This document shows positions 25,763-37,347 of a stretch of 64,000 bases of DNA, in pieces (position 1 is the first letter of the stretch; every line of letters starts with the position of its first letter). Position numbers and translations under genes: made by a program. The notes under the pieces were generated by a model that did not search any database, was not told where the DNA came from, and saw only the letters and a program-made list of their open reading frames with translations. Source of the stretch: Heterodontus francisci (taxonomy: Eukaryota); NCBI RefSeq assembly GCF_036365525.1, contig NC_090374.1, forward strand, positions 14,921,168 to 14,985,167. Reading direction: 5' to 3'.

Positions 25763-27099
25763 AGTGGGGGGAAGAGATCATGTGAGAGGAGATGTGGTAA
25801 ATCAAATGAAAACGATAAGGTAATCGAGCAGAGTGGCGAATTAAGTAGTGATAACCAGAGTGCGGCAAGCTTAAGAGTGTACCAGCAGAGAAGACCAGAG
25901 ATGGCAGAAATGGTATAAAGAGAGAGTTAAAGGCGCTGTATCTGAATGCACACAGCATTCGTAATGAACAGTTGCTACACTGTATGACAGAGTATACAGG
26001 AAGAAATAAATGGGGCCTGTAAGAAAGGTACTGCAATCACATGGGTGATTTTAATCTATATAGATTGGACGAATCAGATTGGCAAATGTTGCTTGAAAAA
26101 TGAGTTCACAGAGTGTATTTCGGACAATTTCACAGAGCAGTACGTTCTGGAACCAACTAGGGAGCATGCTATTCTAGACCTGGTAATGTGCAATGAGACA
26201 GGATTGGTCATTAACCTCATGGTAAAGGAGCCTCTAGGTGACAGTGATTATAACATGAGAGAATTTCACATTCAGTTTGAAGGGGAGATGTGTGGGCCTA
26301 AGACGAGTGTTTAAACCTAAATAAAGGTAAATACAAGAGTATGCCAGCAAAAAATATAAAATCAGACTGTAAAAGCTTCTACAGGTACGTAAAAAGGAAA
26401 AAGACAAATGTGGGTCCATTACAGGCAGAGTAAGGACAATTTATAATGGGAATAGAGAAATGGCAGAGAAGCTAAATAATTATTTTGTGTCTGTCTTCCC
26501 TGAGGAAGATATAAGAAATTTCCCAGAATTAGAGATCCAAGGGGTTAGGGGGAATGAGGAATTGAAGGAAATTAGTATTAGTAAGAAGATTGTATTGGAG
26601 AAATTAATGGGGCTGAAGGTTGATAAGTCCCCGGGACCTGATATTCTACATCCCAGAGTGTTTAAAAAGGTAGCTATGGAGATAGTGGATGCATTGGTGA
26701 TCATCTTCCAAAATTCTATAGATTCTGGAGCAATTCCTGCAGATTGGAAGGTTGCAAATGTCATCCCACTATTTAAGAAGGGAGGGAGAGAAAACAGGGA
26801 ATTACAGACCTGTTAGCCTTACATCGGTCATTGGGAAAATGCTAGAATCTATTCTAAAGGATGTGATAAATGGACACTTGGATAATAATGATCTGATTGG
26901 GCATAGTCAACATGGATTTATGAATGGGAAATCATGTTTGATGAACCTGTTGAAGTTTTTTGAGGATGTTACTAACAGAATTGATAAAGCAGAGTGGTAT
27001 ACCTGGATTTTCAGAAGGCTTTTGATAAAGTCCCCCACAGGAGGTTGTTTAGCAAAATTAAAGCACATGGGATAGGAGGTAATCTACTGGCATGGATTT

Positions 27100-28267
27100 C
27101 TTTCTTTTTCTTTTTCTTTTGGGCCTCCTTATCTCGAGAGACAATGGATACGCGCCTGGAGGTGGTCAGTGGTTTGTGAAGCAGCGCCTGGAGTGGCTAT
27201 AAAGGCCAATTCTGGAGTGACAGGCTCTTCCACAGGTGCTGCAGAGAAATTTGTTTGTTGGGGCTGTTGCACAGTTGGCTCTCCCCTTGCGCCTCTGTCT
27301 TTTTTCCTGCCAACTACTAAGTCTCTTCGACTCGCCACAATTTAGCCCTGTCTTTATGGCTGCCCGCCAGCTCTGGCGAATGCTGGCAACTGACTCCCAC
27401 GACTTGTGATCAATGTCACACGATTTCATGTCGCGTTTGCAGACGTCTTTATAACGGAGACATGGACGGCCGGTGGGTCTGATACCAGTGGCGAGCTCGC
27501 TGTACAATGTGTCTTTGGGGATCCTGCCATCTTCCATGCGGCTCACATGGCCAAGCCATCTCAAGCGCCGCTGACTCAGTAGTGTGTATAAGCTGGGGGT
27601 GTTGGCCGCTTCAAGGACTTCTGTGTTGGAGATATAGTCCTGCCACCTGATGCCAAGTATTCTCCGAAGGCAGCGAAGATGGAATGAATTGAGACGTCGC
27701 TCTTGTCTGGCATACGTTGTCCAGGCCTCGCTGCCGTAGAGCAAGGTACTGAGGACACAGGCCTGATACACTCGGACTTTTGTGTTCCGTGTCAGTGCGC
27801 CATTTTCCCACACTCTCTTGGCCAGTCTGAACATAGCAGTGGAAGCCTTACCCATGCGCTTGTTGATTTCTGCATCTAGAGACAGGTTACTGGTGATAGT
27901 TGAGCCTAGGTAGGTGAACTCTTGAACCACTTCCAGAGCGTGGTCGCCAATATTGATGGATGGAGCATTTCTGACATCCTGCCCCATGATGTTCGTTTTC
28001 TTGAGGCTGATGGTTAGGCCAAATTCATTGCAGGCAGACGCAAACCTGTCGATGAGACTCTGCAGGCATTCTTCAGTGTGAGATGTTAAAGCAGCATCGT
28101 CAGCAAAGAGGAGTTCTCTGATGAGGACTTTCCGTACTTTGGACTTGGCTCTTAGACGGGCAAGGTTGAACAACCTGCCCCCTGATCTTGTGTGGAGGAA
28201 AATTCCTTCTTCAGAGGATTTGAACGCATGTGAAAGCAGCAGGGAGAAGAAAATCCCAAAAAGTGTG
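27100..28267 (-). mobile_element. RTE-clade LINE 3' fragment with uninterrupted ORF
   Basis: 335-aa stop-free ORF at 27166-28173 (LLFADD to CSTCGRACHSRIGLYSH). A-rich tail appears as a T-run at 27098-27120. Confidence 0.92.
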
Positions 28268-28651
28268 AAAAAAACTAATTGAAACCTACAAAATACTTAA
28301 AGGGATAGACAGAGTAGATGCAGCCATGATGTTTCCCCTGGGTGAGGAGTCTCGAACCAGGGGACACAATTTCAAAATAAGTGGGAAGCCACTTAGGACA
28401 GAAATGAGGAGAGATTTCTTTACTCAGAGGGTTGTGAATCGTTGGAATTCTCTACCCCAGAGGGCTGTGGAAGCTCAGTCATTGAGTGTGTTTAAAGCAG
28501 AGATTGACAGATTTCTAAATACCAATGACATAAGGGGATATGGGGATAATGTGGGAAAAATGCATTGAAGTGGATGATCAGCCATGATCATCTTGAATGG
28601 CAGGGCAGGCTGGATGGGCTGAATGGCCTACTCCTGCTCCTATGTTCCTAT

Positions 28652-31015
28652 GAAGGCAGAGTTATCTAAAGTGAACTGGGAAACTAGGTTAAAAGGTAGG
28701 ACAGTAGAGATGCAGTGGCAGACTTTTAGGGAGATATTTAATAACTCTCAGCAAAGATTTATTTGAGTGGAAAGAATGATTCTTTGAGAAACATGCATCA
28801 TCCGTGGTTAAATAAGCAAGTTGAGGATAGTATCAAATGAAAGAAACACTGTATAAATCTGCAAAGGTTAGTGCTGTGTCAGAAGCTTGGACAGTCTGAG
28901 AGAGAACTAGCTGGTGATATAAAAACAGATTGTAAGGGTTTCTACATGTATTTAAATAAGAAAAGAGTAACTAAAGCTAGAATTGGTTCTCTAGAGTGTG
29001 AGTCTGGGTAATTGATCATGGTAAACAAGGAAATAGCGGAGGTGTTGAACAGGTATTTTGTATCTGTTTTCACTGCAGAAGACTGAGAAAACCTGCCAAA
29101 GATACTTGAAAATCAGGAGGTGAAAGGGAGGGAGAAATTTAAAACAATCACCATCACCAGGGAAAAGCTGCTGGGAAAACTATTAGGCCCAAAGGTTGAC
29201 AACTCCCCAGGATCAGATGGTCTGCATCCTAGGGTCTTAAAAGAAGTGGCTGCAGACAGAGTAGAGGCTTTGTTTATAATCTTCCAAAATTCATAGATTC
29301 TGGAAGGGTCTGAGCGGATTGCAAAATAGCAAATGTAAAATCTTCATTCAAGAAAGGAGGGAGACAGGAAGCAGGAAACTATAGGCCAGTTCGTCTAACA
29401 TATATCATAGGGAAATTGCTAGAATCCATTATTAAGGAGTTTATAGAAGGATACTTCGAAAATCATAATGGGATCTGACAGACTCAACATGGTTTTGTAA
29501 AAGGGAAATCATGTTTAACTAATTTATTAAAGTTCTTTGAGGAATTCACAAGCGAGGTGGATAAAGGGGAATCTGTAGTTGTGGTGTACTTGGACTTCCA
29601 AAAGGTATTTGATAAGGTGTCACATAAAAGGTTACTACACAAGATAAGAGCACATGGTGTAGGAAGTAACATATTAGCATGAATAAAAGACTAGTTAGTT
29701 AACATGAAGCAGAGAGTAGGGATAAATGGGTCTTTTTCAGGTTGACAAGATGTAACAAGTGGAGTGCCACAGGGTTCAGTGCGGGTGCCTCAACTATTTT
29801 AAATTTATGTCAATGAATTGGGGCGGCACAGTGGTTAGCACCGCAACTTCACAGCTCCAGGGACCCGGGTTCGATTCTGGGTACTGCCTGTGTGGAGTTT
29901 GCAAGTTCTCCCTGTGACCGCGTGGGTTTTCGCCGGGTGCTCCGGTTTCCTCCCACAGGTGATAGGTAAATTGGCCATTGTAAATTGCTCCTAGTGTAGG
30001 CAGGTGGTAGGGAATATGGGATTACTGTAGGGTTAGTCGGGACAGACTCAGTGGGCCAAAGGGCCTGTTTCAGTGCTGTATCGCTAAATAAAATATAAAT
30101 AAAAAGAGACCAAATGTATGGTTGCTAAATTTGCCCAGGACACCAAGATAGGAAGTAAGCTGTCAAGAGGACATAAAGAGTTTACAAAAGGATATAAATA
30201 GATTAAGTGAGTGGGTAAAAATTTAGCAGATGGAGTATAATGTGGGAAAATGTGAACTTGTCCACTTTGACAGGAAGCTTAGAAAAGCGGTATACTATTT
30301 AAATGGAGAGAGATTGCAGAACCCGGTGGTACAGAGGGATCTGGGTGTCCTGGTACATGAATCACAAAAGGTTAATATGCAGGTACAGCAAGTGATTAGG
30401 AAGGTAAATGGAACATTGATGTTTATTGCAAGGGAAATTGTGTGTCAAAGTGGGTAAGTTTTACTGCAGCTGGACAGGGCCTTGTGAGACCACATCTGGA
30501 GAACTGTGTGCAGTTTTGGTCTCCTTATTTGAAAAGGATATAATTGTGTTAGAAGCAGTTCAGAGACGGATCACTCGACTAATTCTGGGGATGGAGAGCT
30601 TATCTTATGAAGAAAGGTTGAACAGGTTGGGCCGAGACTTGTTGGAGGTTAGAACAATGAGAGGTGATCTTACTGAAACATATAGGTTCCTGAGGGGACG
30701 TGATAGAGTGTATACTGGGAGGGTGTTTTCTCTTGTGGGGGAGACGAGAACTAGGGGACACAGTTTAAGAATAAGAGCTCTCCCTTTTAAGATGGCGATG
30801 AGGAGAATTTCTTTTTCTCGAACGGTCATTAGTCTGTGGAATTCTGTTCCCCAGAAAGCAGTGGAGGCAGGGTCAATGAGTTTATTCAAAGCTGAGTTAG
30901 ATGGATTTTTGATAGACAAGGGAGTCAAGGGTTATGGGGGGGGGCAGACAGGAAAGTGGAGTTAGGATCACAACCAGATCAGGAATAATCTTATCGAAAG
31001 GCGGAGCAGGCTCAC
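28652..31015 (+). mobile_element. Degenerate CR1 ORF2 and 3'UTR
   Basis: [39 protein letters not shown]. Confidence 0.85.
29819..30100 (+). mobile_element. V-SINE (HE1-like)
   Basis: gggcggcacagtggttagcac...gttcgattc (A/B boxes), V-domain gtggagtttgcaagttctccc...ggtttcctcccaca, A-rich tail. Confidence 0.85.
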
Positions 31016-31234
31016 AAGAACAAATGAAATAGCAGCAGGAATAGACCATGTGACCCGTCAAGCCTGCTCCGCCATTCAATATGATCATGGCTGATCTTGG
31101 GCTTCAATTCCACTTTCCCGCCCAGCCTCAGTCTCAGCCTTAAATATATTCAGTGATGGAGCATCCGCAACCCTCTGGGGTAGAGAATTCCAAAGATTCA
31201 CAACCCCTTGAGTGAAGTAATTTCTCATCTCAGT

Positions 31235-32073
31235 TGTCATACTGGGCCCCCCACCTGCCAAGAATGAGGCACATTAATTTCACCACACGGACATTAAATT
31301 TCAAATTGTTGTTGGGAAGAAGAGAAGGCCTGTGACAATGGGTTACCAGGCCCCTGGCTGGAAAGATATTTTTGGAACAAAGGAGCTATCCCCTGCTCCA
31401 ATACAATCCACAAACAGATGTGGTCAGACCAGTTAGTCACATGACTAACCTGCTTGGTTGGCATCTCGATTTATTTCTGATTTGTACAGTTTTGAACTGA
31501 GAATCTGCAGAAAACTGTTTACTCCCAGACTGAAGAAGACCTCCTGTCTGTCTGTCTGCCTGCTCCCATCGCTTTCTCACCAGCTTCTGAATCCATTGAA
31601 GACACATGAACCCCAAGAGAGAAAAGTCTCCTACAGTGAACAAGGTTTAAGAAGAATACTGGGCCCCAATGAAAAGCAAGATCTGCTTACAAGCAAGGAC
31701 TCTGCAGTGAGTTCGAAGACCTGTAACAAAAACTCTTCAGATATTGCTGTAAGCTTTTACGCTTTATTTCTTCTGCTCTTTTCTGTCCCTATCTGCATGT
31801 GTATACCACGTATGCATGCTAGCATGGGCGCGTCGTGCATCCATAGGCATTAACTGAATTAGAGTTTAAGTTTAATAAAATTTCACTTTTCTTCTTTAAA
31901 CCTAAGAAAACCTGTTTGTGCTGGTTTCATTGCCTCATAATTGGAAAGCTGTGAACAAGAGTTCACCAAGGGAGAGCTAAAAACACAGTGTATTTGAAAT
32001 AAAACCCTGTTACAGTAATACCAGGTGAAGGCCGAAAGGGAATCCTAGACCTCTTTCTCACCTGATCGTAACA
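31235..32073 (+). mobile_element. Solo LTR
   Basis: TGTCAT...CGTAACA termini, perfect 4-bp TSD cagt (31231-34 and 32074-77), internal AATAAA. Confidence 0.88.
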
Positions 32074-32102
32074 CAGTCCTTATCCTGAGACTGTGCCCCT
32101 GT

Positions 32103-33122
32103 TGTTACGAGGGTTTCCATTTTTTGTTATAACTTGAGAATCTATATTTTAAAAACTGAAAAGGATTCCATGGATGCTGGAATCTTCAAGAAGCTGAACT
32201 TTGGATGTTTTTTTATGGGAAGGTCAACAGAAGGTTGACCATTAAACAAATTTTACTGAAAAACATCGGTTTGCAAATAACCCAGCAGGGTGTTTGTGCT
32301 GTGACTCTGAAAAGGATGTTTACAAGGAAATGACAAACCAAGATTTCAGGTTGTCATACAGCCTGCCTCTGGAAAAGTTTTTGTTTCATTTTGAACTCTT
32401 AAGAAAGGCCAGTGGTTGTTTGGCCAAGAACAGAAAGAAATTTGCTTCCTGACCTGCCAGAAGAAAACAGCTCTCTCTTTAAAGAATTCCTGCATCAAGT
32501 TGTATTGTTGCCTCCCTGTATTTGAAGAAATCCTGAATGTTTTCAGAAACCTTGCATCTTTGAAAGAACTTTGCATAGAATGTGCAAGAATTGAAACCTT
32601 TGTTACTGCACATCTGATGTAAGACTTATGCAATGCCTTCCGTAGCTGCATCTCTTGAAAACCTACCTAGACTGTTCATCAACATTGTTGGAAAGAACTG
32701 TTCCAGGACGATTCCCAGTGGCAGCCACCTATTCGCCTTTGGGACACCTCGCCAACACAGAGGACTTCCATACCTTCTCTTCAGTCTCAGTTTTTTATTC
32801 CTTCCAACTGTCACAGTTGTAAACAAAAATCATTTTTTCTCCCGGTTAACCGGTTGTTTATGTGAGTGTGTGAGGGCGAGGATAAAAATAAAGGGTTTTA
32901 ATATTTCAATTCGTGCATATGTTTACTTCATTATTGGTTAAGACTTAGTTTATAATAAATGGATAATTTTGTTGTTTATTAAAAAATATCTGGTTGGTGT
33001 GCTTTATTCTGGAGTAAAATAGATTGGCTGTTTCAGTAAGTGGGAAAATTTAAATACATGTTGTGACCTGTGGAGAAGTGGGACTGAATTAACAGTGCAC
33101 TCCTCCTGCCTCGGTTATAACA
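32103..33122 (+). mobile_element. Solo LTR (different family)
   Basis: TGTTACG...TATAACA termini; CR1 sequence resumes on both sides. TSD is not clean. Confidence 0.75.
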
Positions 33123-33624
33123 TCTTGTTTTAGATTCCCCGCATGGCGGAAACAATCTCTCAGTGTCTACCCGATCCAGAACTTTCAGAATCATGTACAT
33201 TTCAATGAGATGCCTCACATTTTTCGAAACTCCAGAGAATGTAGTCCCAATTTACACAGCCTTTCATCATAGGACAACCCCCTCATCCCAGGGACCAATT
33301 TAGTGAACCTTCGCTGCAACCCCTCCAATGCAAGTATATCCTTTTTTAAATGTGGAGACCAAAAATGCACACAGTATTCCAGATGTGGTCTTGCCAAAAC
33401 CCTGTACAATTGTAGCAAGACTTCTTTATTCCTGTACTCCAATCCCCTTGCAATAAAGGCCAACATGCCATTTGCCTTCCTAACTGCTTGCTGTACCTGC
33501 ATGCTATCTTTTTATGCTCGAAGGGTGACAGTATTAAACCTTTTCATTGTAAATACAACAGTATTAACTTGTCACTGTAAATACTACTGTATTAATCCCT
33601 GTCACTGTAAGTTTTTTTAATAGA

Positions 33625-33912
33625 GTCATAGAAAGATACAGCACCGAAACAGGCCCTTCGGCCCACCGAGTCAGCACCGACCATCAACCACCCATTTATA
33701 CTTATCCTACATTAACCCCATATTCCCTCTCACATCCCTACCTTCCCTCAATTCTCCTACCATCTACCTACACTGGAGGCAATTTTACAATGGCCAATTT
33801 ACCTATCAACCCTCAAGTCTTTGGCTGTGGGAGGAAACCGGAGCACCCGGAGGAAGCCCACACGGTCACAGGGAGAACTTGCAAACTCCGCACAGGCAGT
33901 ACCCAGAATTGA
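33625..33912 (-). mobile_element. V-SINE (HE1-like), 5'-truncated
   Basis: V-domain and tail in reverse orientation, similar to 29819-30100. Confidence 0.8.
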
Positions 33913-34140
33913 ATTTCTACAGGATTAATCCCTGTCAGTGTAAGGAACTATATTATTCATACACTCCAATTGCCATTTTCATTCACAGTCCATACTCTTC
34001 GCTTAATTGAGGTCCATCACGATATTTCTGTCCTGCAATCGAGATTCACAATTATCCACAGACTTTGATTAATTGTCTCTGCATTGTTGGTCTCTCACCT
34101 TTGCTTGTCTCTAATTTGATTTCTTTCTCTTTCTGTTCAG

Positions 34141-34240
34141 CTGCAGAGACTTTCCCCATTGCGATATTGTGCATTCCACTTGGAGTGAAACTCCTCGCCC
34201 TTATAGTGATGTGGATTATTTTGTTGAGGGATAAATCCAG
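34141..34240 (+). CDS. Siglec-15-like receptor, transmembrane exon with intramembrane Lys (phase 1-2)
   Basis: Strong acceptor ctaatttgatttctttctctttctgttcag|, donor CAG|gtatgt. Encodes AAETFPIAILCIPLGVKLLALIVMWIILLRDKS(R). Phase matches the V2 exon. Confidence 0.85.
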
Positions 34241-34349
34241 GTATGTAATATTGCTGGGAGACTCTTGTCTTTAAATGCCTGAAGCTTGATTCATGGGTGA
34301 GCTTTGGTGGTGATTCAAACACTTGAGCCATTCTGGTCGATGAACAACC

Positions 34350-34575
34350 ACACAGTGCATGTCCAGCAGAGGTCGCTGGATCCCAGCAGGATCAGGAACC
34401 CTGGGCAATGTTTCTTTCCCTATCCCAGTAGCTCTTGGACCAATTGGAGAGCCCCGACTGCAGCCCAGCTGGGATTGGCTAACTCAGCCCAGACATGGGA
34501 TGGAAACTGGCCCCTTTCTGGTCTGTATGATTCAGCTCCTCACAGCAGGAACTTGCTGAGCTATCGGGGACCTGA
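34350..34575 (-). mobile_element. LF-SINE-like element
   Basis: ggctaactcagcccagac..ggaaactgg..ttctggtctgtatg..tcag..ctgagctatcgg resembles the LF-SINE head in reverse. Confidence 0.5.
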
Positions 34576-35159
34576 TTAAATCTCCCAGACCACCTGTATT
34601 CACTATTGTCTAGTTTAATCTGCAAGGTTAAGCCCTCAGGGCATATTATGGTTCAAAACTGATTGAGTTGAATTTGATTGCAGTGCTGGGTTATTGACAG
34701 TCAGATTCCTGTTCACTTTCCAACCTCAGTCTTTCCCCAAGGCTTTCTGGAAAACACCAACCACTCACCTCAAGACCCGGAAAAAGAATAAAACACTCTG
34801 GGGATTGGCTGCTGTTCAGATGATGAGAATGATGGTTATCACAGTGTTGAAAATGATTTGCAGTTCCCTTTGACTCAGTTTTTGGTCACCTGTCCTCATA
34901 TCTCCTCATGTGACTCGGTGTTCCATTTTGCCTGATTGTGTTCCTGTGAAGCACATGTTAAAAGTGCTATATAAATGCAAGCTTTTGTTCTTGCTATATA
35001 AACAAAGTGACTCCTGACATCGCAGCGGTCTGCTGACATAATCAGAGCGCTCCAAGCTGTGAACATGTGCAAACGGTCGCCTGCGCTGAGATGCTGCACA
35101 TACTCAGCCTACGTCTTGCCAGGACTAACTGGTGCATGCGAAGGAAAACATTCTCCCCC

Positions 35160-35640
35160 CTCGCCCACTCACTCCCCACTCCTCGCTTCCAGCCACCCTG
35201 CTCTCCAGCTGCTCACTCCCCTCTTCCGCCCACCATCCTGCTCTCCAGCTGCTCACTCCCCTCTTCCGCCCACCATCCTGCTCTCCAGCTGCTCACTCCC
35301 CTCTTCCGCCCACCATCCTGCTCTCCAGCTGCTCACTCCCCTCTTCCGCCCACCATCCTGCTCTCCAGCTGCTCACTCCCCTCTTCCGCCCACCATCCTG
35401 CTCTCCAGCTGCTCACTCCCCTCTTCCGCCCACCATCCTGCTCTCCAGCTGCTCACTCCCCTCTTCCGCCCACCATCCTGCTCTCCAGCTGCTCACTCCC
35501 CTCTTCCGCCCACCATCCTGCTCTCCAGCTGCTCACTCCCCTCTTCCGCCCACCATCCCGCTCTCCGCCGCTCACTCCCCGCTTTCCCCTCACCATCCCG
35601 CTCTCTGGCCACTCACCCCCCCACTTTCCCCACCCCCCCC
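35160..35640. repeat. 40-bp C-rich tandem repeat, about 9 near-perfect copies plus variants
   Basis: Unit ccatcctgctctccagctgctcactcccctcttccgccca. Confidence 0.95.
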
Positions 35641-35829
35641 CATCCCTCCAGATGCTAGCTCCAAGGCCCGCTGCTTCCTTCCTCTCGGCTACTCGATCCC
35701 ACATTCGATCGTTCCTCACCGCACTGCCCAGAGAAGCCAGGTGGGCCTGGAGGGGTGATGGAACGATATTGGAGTGAGTGGCCGAGAGGATGGAAGCGGC
35801 GCGGCCTGGAGCTAGTGTCTGGAGAGATG

Positions 35830-36690
35830 GTGGGGTAAGCGGGAAGTGAGCAACCGGAGAGTAGGAACCGGGGGAAGCGGGGAGTGAGCAGACGGAGAGT
35901 GGGATGGGGGGGGAAGTGGGGAGTGAGCGGCCGGAGAGTGGGATGGGGGGGGGGAAAGTGGGGAGTGAGCGGCCGGAGAGTGGGATGGGGGGGGGGAAAG
36001 TGGGGAGTGAGCGGCTGGAAAGTGGGATGGGGGGGGGGAAAGTGGGGAGTGAGCGGCCGGAGAGTGGGATGGGGGTGGAAGCGGGGAGTGAGCGGCCGGA
36101 GAGTGGGATGGGGGGGGGGAAAGTGGGGAGTGAGCGGCCGGAGAGTGGGATGGGGGGGGAAGCGGGGAGTGAGCGGCCGGAGAGTAAGATGGCGGGGGGG
36201 ATACGGGGAGTGAGCGGCCAGAGAGTGAGATGGGGGGGGGGGGGGAAGGGGGAGTGAGCGGCCAGAGAGTGAGATGGGCGGGAAAGCGGGGAGTCAGCGG
36301 CCGGAGAGTGGAATGGGGGGGGGAAGGGGGAGTGAGCGGCCGGAGAGTGGGATGGGGGTAGAAACGGGAAGTGAGCGGCTGGAGAGTGGGATGGGGGGGA
36401 AGCGGGGAGTGAGGGGCCGGAGAGTAGGATTTGGGGGAAGCGGGGAGTGAGCAGCCGGAGAGCTTGATCGGGTGTGGGGGCGAAGCAGGGATTGAGCGGC
36501 CGGAGAGCTTGATCCGGTGTGGGGGGGAAGCAGGGAGTGAGCAGCCGGAGAGCAGGATGGGGGGGGGGGGGGGAAGTGGGGAGTGTGCAGCCGGAGAGTG
36601 GGATGGGGGGGGGGAGCGGGGAGTGAGCGGCCGGAGAGCAGGATGGGGGGTGAAGCGGGAAGTGAGTGAGCGGACAGCGGGATGGCACTG
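35830..36690. repeat. About 40-bp G-rich tandem repeat, about 20 copies
   Basis: Unit ggggagtgagcggccggagagtgggatg(g)n(a)aagt/gc. Confidence 0.95.
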
Positions 36691-37087
36691 AAACCTCACT
36701 GAATTACGGAGGGTGTGCAGCACTGTCAGAGGTGCTGTCCTTCTGAGAAAGTTTAAACAGTGCAACGTTCTCCGAGTATCAACCAAAACATGTCCATTGT
36801 CTGCTGTCATGTTTGCTTATGAAATGACAGTCACTGCTCCTAAAGTAATTCACTTTAGGTGAATTAAGATGACTAGCTACTAAATAACTGGCGCATGCGC
36901 AGGAGGGAGGGGAGACTGTTGGGGGTGGGATGGCGGTGGCAGCATGACAATATTTGAGTGGATCTTTGGGTTGAAGTTGTTTATCTGTGATAAACAGATA
37001 AACCATCATTAATCCTGGCAGCTGCCTGAACGTCGCAGACACTGATGTTACAGTGGAACAGGCTGCATTTTCGCATGTGCTAGTACT

Positions 37088-37101
37088 GCGCCACCTGATG
37101 G
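37088..37101 (-). promoter_or_regulatory. CTCF-like motif
   Basis: Minus strand CCATCAGGTGGCGC differs from the consensus CCASYAGRKGGCRS at one position. Confidence 0.5.
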
Positions 37102-37331
37102 TTGCGTTGTCAGCAAACGCCGCCCTTTATAAATGCAAGTTGTTGTTCTTGCTGAAAACAGGAACAACAATCAGACCCATTGTGTCAGTGTTTAACACTG
37201 ATAATCTAATCTGTTTTTAAATACATGGGGAATCCTATGTAAACAGCTGCAGGTTGTATATGGCGGTTCTGAAAATGCTCTTATTTTACTGTTAATATGG
37301 CTCATTTTATTTAATCTTGTTTTGTCCCCAG

Positions 37332-37347
37332 AAAGGAGCAGGACTGA
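37332..37347 (+). CDS. Siglec-15-like receptor, terminal coding exon ((R)KEQD*)
   Basis: Acceptor ctcattttatttaatcttgttttgtccccag|, phase 2: A AAG GAG CAG GAC TGA. Followed by non-TE UTR-like sequence that is duplicated downstream. Confidence 0.7.

Larger units (their letters stand above)
22650..28652 (+). mobile_element. Degenerate CR1 LINE interrupted by two RTE insertions
   Basis: ORF1 esterase remnant at 22650-23070, EN/RT fragments at 25762-27098, 3' end at 28270-28652. Confidence 0.8.
31030..33510 (-). mobile_element. CR1 3' fragment split by two solo LTRs
   Basis: Minus frame ANGMLAFIARGLEY...HLEYCVHFWSPHL, with a CR1 tail near 31030. Confidence 0.8.
34996..37127. mobile_element. Non-coding foldback-like insertion with inverted minisatellite arms
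   Basis: Flanked by a 26-bp direct repeat (24/26 identical). C-rich and G-rich arms are mutual reverse complements. Confidence 0.6.

Noticed and set aside
27166-28173. Intact 335-aa RT ORF as a domesticated gene
   Set aside because: A 5'-truncated RTE copy with its native tail and no promoter or ATG context; intactness reflects youth.
29819-29890. tRNA-like A/B box sequences here and in other SINE heads
   Set aside because: They are SINE 5' ends, not complete cloverleaf tRNA genes.
35160-36690. Immunoglobulin switch-region-like array (AGCT in each C-rich unit, G-rich arm)
   Set aside because: No Ig constant genes are present, and the inverted arms with flanking direct repeat point to a mobile element.
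35059-36810. Long Pro/Ser- and Gly/Arg-rich ORFs (up to 411 aa)
   Set aside because: They arise from stop-free 40-bp tandem repeats open in many frames on both strands, with no domain or splice evidence.
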